A stretch of 64,000 nt of DNA, taken from positions 426,948 through 490,947 of the forward strand of contig NMRA01000294.1 in NCBI GenBank assembly GCA_002633005.1. Direction: 5' to 3'. The notes under the pieces were generated by a model that saw only the letters and a list, made by a program, of their open reading frames with translations, had not been told where the DNA came from and did not search any database. Source of the DNA: Phoronis australis (taxonomy: Eukaryota > Animalia > Phoronida). Shown one piece after another: positions 62,395-64,000 of the stretch. The translations under genes were made by a program, and so were the position numbers. Position 1 is the first letter of the stretch. Each line of letters begins with the position of its first letter.

Positions 62395-63940
62395 CAAGCT
62401 CACTTCAGTGGCCGCCATTTTGCTAGGAAGCACCAGTAGGGTCTCTAGCCTACACACGAAGCACTTGCCTTGCATTTGCGTGATTCCGCGTGGACTTCTG
62501 TGATCTAGCTTTTTGGCGAGTTGCTTACCTCTACGGAACGCATCCCAGGGATTTACAGTGCGTACGCTCGAGCTGATTTTCCGACGAAAACAACAATCAT
62601 GTGGTCTCGAAAGCTGCCACAAGAAACGAGAGTGACACTATTGTTAAACAACATTTTCTGATGATCTAGAATAGCGTCGAGCAGACTGATTACAACACTT
62701 TGGTTCTAATCGGACCTCAGCAAGCGCGTATACACTTGTATGAGTTGAAAAATCAATGTTATCTCTCAGCCTGTTTCGGGTAAAACACTGATCACTTCTC
62801 GGCCATCTTCAACACACCTCTTTTCACGAAGGCAGCTGGATGTGACATTATACCGATTATAGGAGCACCTCCCGCTTCAACGGTACCTTTTTGCCCATTT
62901 TTCATTCGCCATCTCGCTTCGTTTTATTGCATTTGGCAGACGAAAAAAGACGGGATCGAATCAAGATTAATTCTTACTTTACCGGTTTCATCGCAATTAC
63001 AAAATCGAAGATGAACATACTGGACATGCCATTGAAATTACCTCTGACTGAACCAAGCCATATGGATAATGATGTGTCAGTTGGCAGTCATTCTCGGTGG
63101 TTATCTGCAACAGTGCGTTCTTCGACATCGGATCAGTCGAACTACTTTGCTTTCAACGCCCTTGATTGGGTCTGGGGTATTCATCTTTATCCTCGTTCTT
63201 TGGATTTTCGGATAACGAAGTTGTTCCATTCACATACCCGGCATTTTGATCCAAAATATTTTCATTCGCACTGTCCGCCGGATTCGTCCTACAAGTTGGT
63301 TTGTGACACACTAATGAGCTATGATCTGGGTCAATCATAGGCAAAAATGGAGATAAATCTCTTTTAGTTTCAGGCATGTCGGCTGCGCTTGATTGCCTTC
63401 GCCAGTTCCGCCGGGTCAGTCGGTTAAGACATCTGATTGGTTTTCGATGACGACTTCCGGCTTATAGACTCAACAGGTATCTTAGTCGGCGAAGTCAATT
63501 CAATACAGCCTATATTATAGTGCTTTACAGTCAACGTTAAAGCTGCTTGCCGTCTCTCAGTTGGATGGAATCGTTGGAATATTTTGAAAAAGGACTTGTC
63601 TCTTCGACTTGTTAGAACACGTAACCAATTCTATCCCTCATGAGCACGGATACTAAGATCTACATCCACTTCCTTGCTTAAAAATACTTGTCCTCCACCA
63701 GGTCCCATTCCTTGGACGCAAGACGCTCGCTATAATGTGGTCATGTGCGACATCTTGCGATGTTTTTCTTGCGTCTATGAAAAGCAATCCTAGACTGACA
63801 TGTGTAGACATGAGAAACTCGTGTAAAACGCAAGAACGCGCAATATCACATGATCGAAAGGCGAGTGTCTGTGCAAGTCATGATATGCCTAAGACCTTAC
63901 AGGCATACCCTTTCAAAATGGCGGCCACTGAAGCAACTTG
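62395..63940. mobile_element. Old TIR element (about 1.5 kb), superfamily undetermined
   Basis: CAAGCTCACTTCAGTGGCCGCCATTTTG... vs ...CAAAATGGCGGCCACTGAAGCAACTTG, with degenerate inverted similarity for about 100 bp; no TSD recognised. Confidence 0.5.
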
Positions 63941-64000
63941 TCAGTGGGGTTGGAATGTTGATTTAAGCAAACATTTCTCGCCGCAAGCGCTTTGCGAGTG

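Noticed and set aside
62891-63340. 149-aa plus-strand ORF
   Set aside because: No recognisable motif or splice context; lies inside a probable old TIR element.

Overview
Repeat-rich, intron-containing eukaryotic DNA, probably a marine invertebrate (inference), with two large N-gaps, both at minisatellites. Three spliced genes can be reconstructed by hand. (1) The first two coding exons of a mitochondrial medium-chain acyl-CoA synthetase (ACSM-like; minus strand; 6558-6322, 3025-2928), continuing left. (2) A 3-exon, 218-aa secreted protein joining a signal peptide, a coiled coil and a Thr/Pro linker to a Ly6/uPAR (three-finger/quiver-like) domain with no GPI tail (plus strand; 14345-22681). 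(3) A SIFamide/NPFF-receptor-like class A GPCR (minus strand) with ONE copy of the TM1-TM3 exons (49104-48813, 44948-44849) but TWO intact, diverged, phase-compatible terminal exons encoding DRY-TM4-TM7-C-tail (32949-32184 and 26526-25680). This looks like a two-receptors-from-one-gene switch and is the most interesting signal here. The rest is transposon-derived: a decayed full-length mariner, a THAP-bearing Kolobok deletion derivative, a truncated Ngaro/DIRS tyrosine-recombinase retroelement, LINE relics, a solo LTR, MITEs with 5-bp TSDs, a three-level nested insertion, tRNA-derived SINE heads and tandem repeats. All calls are by eye; no database search or alignment was run.
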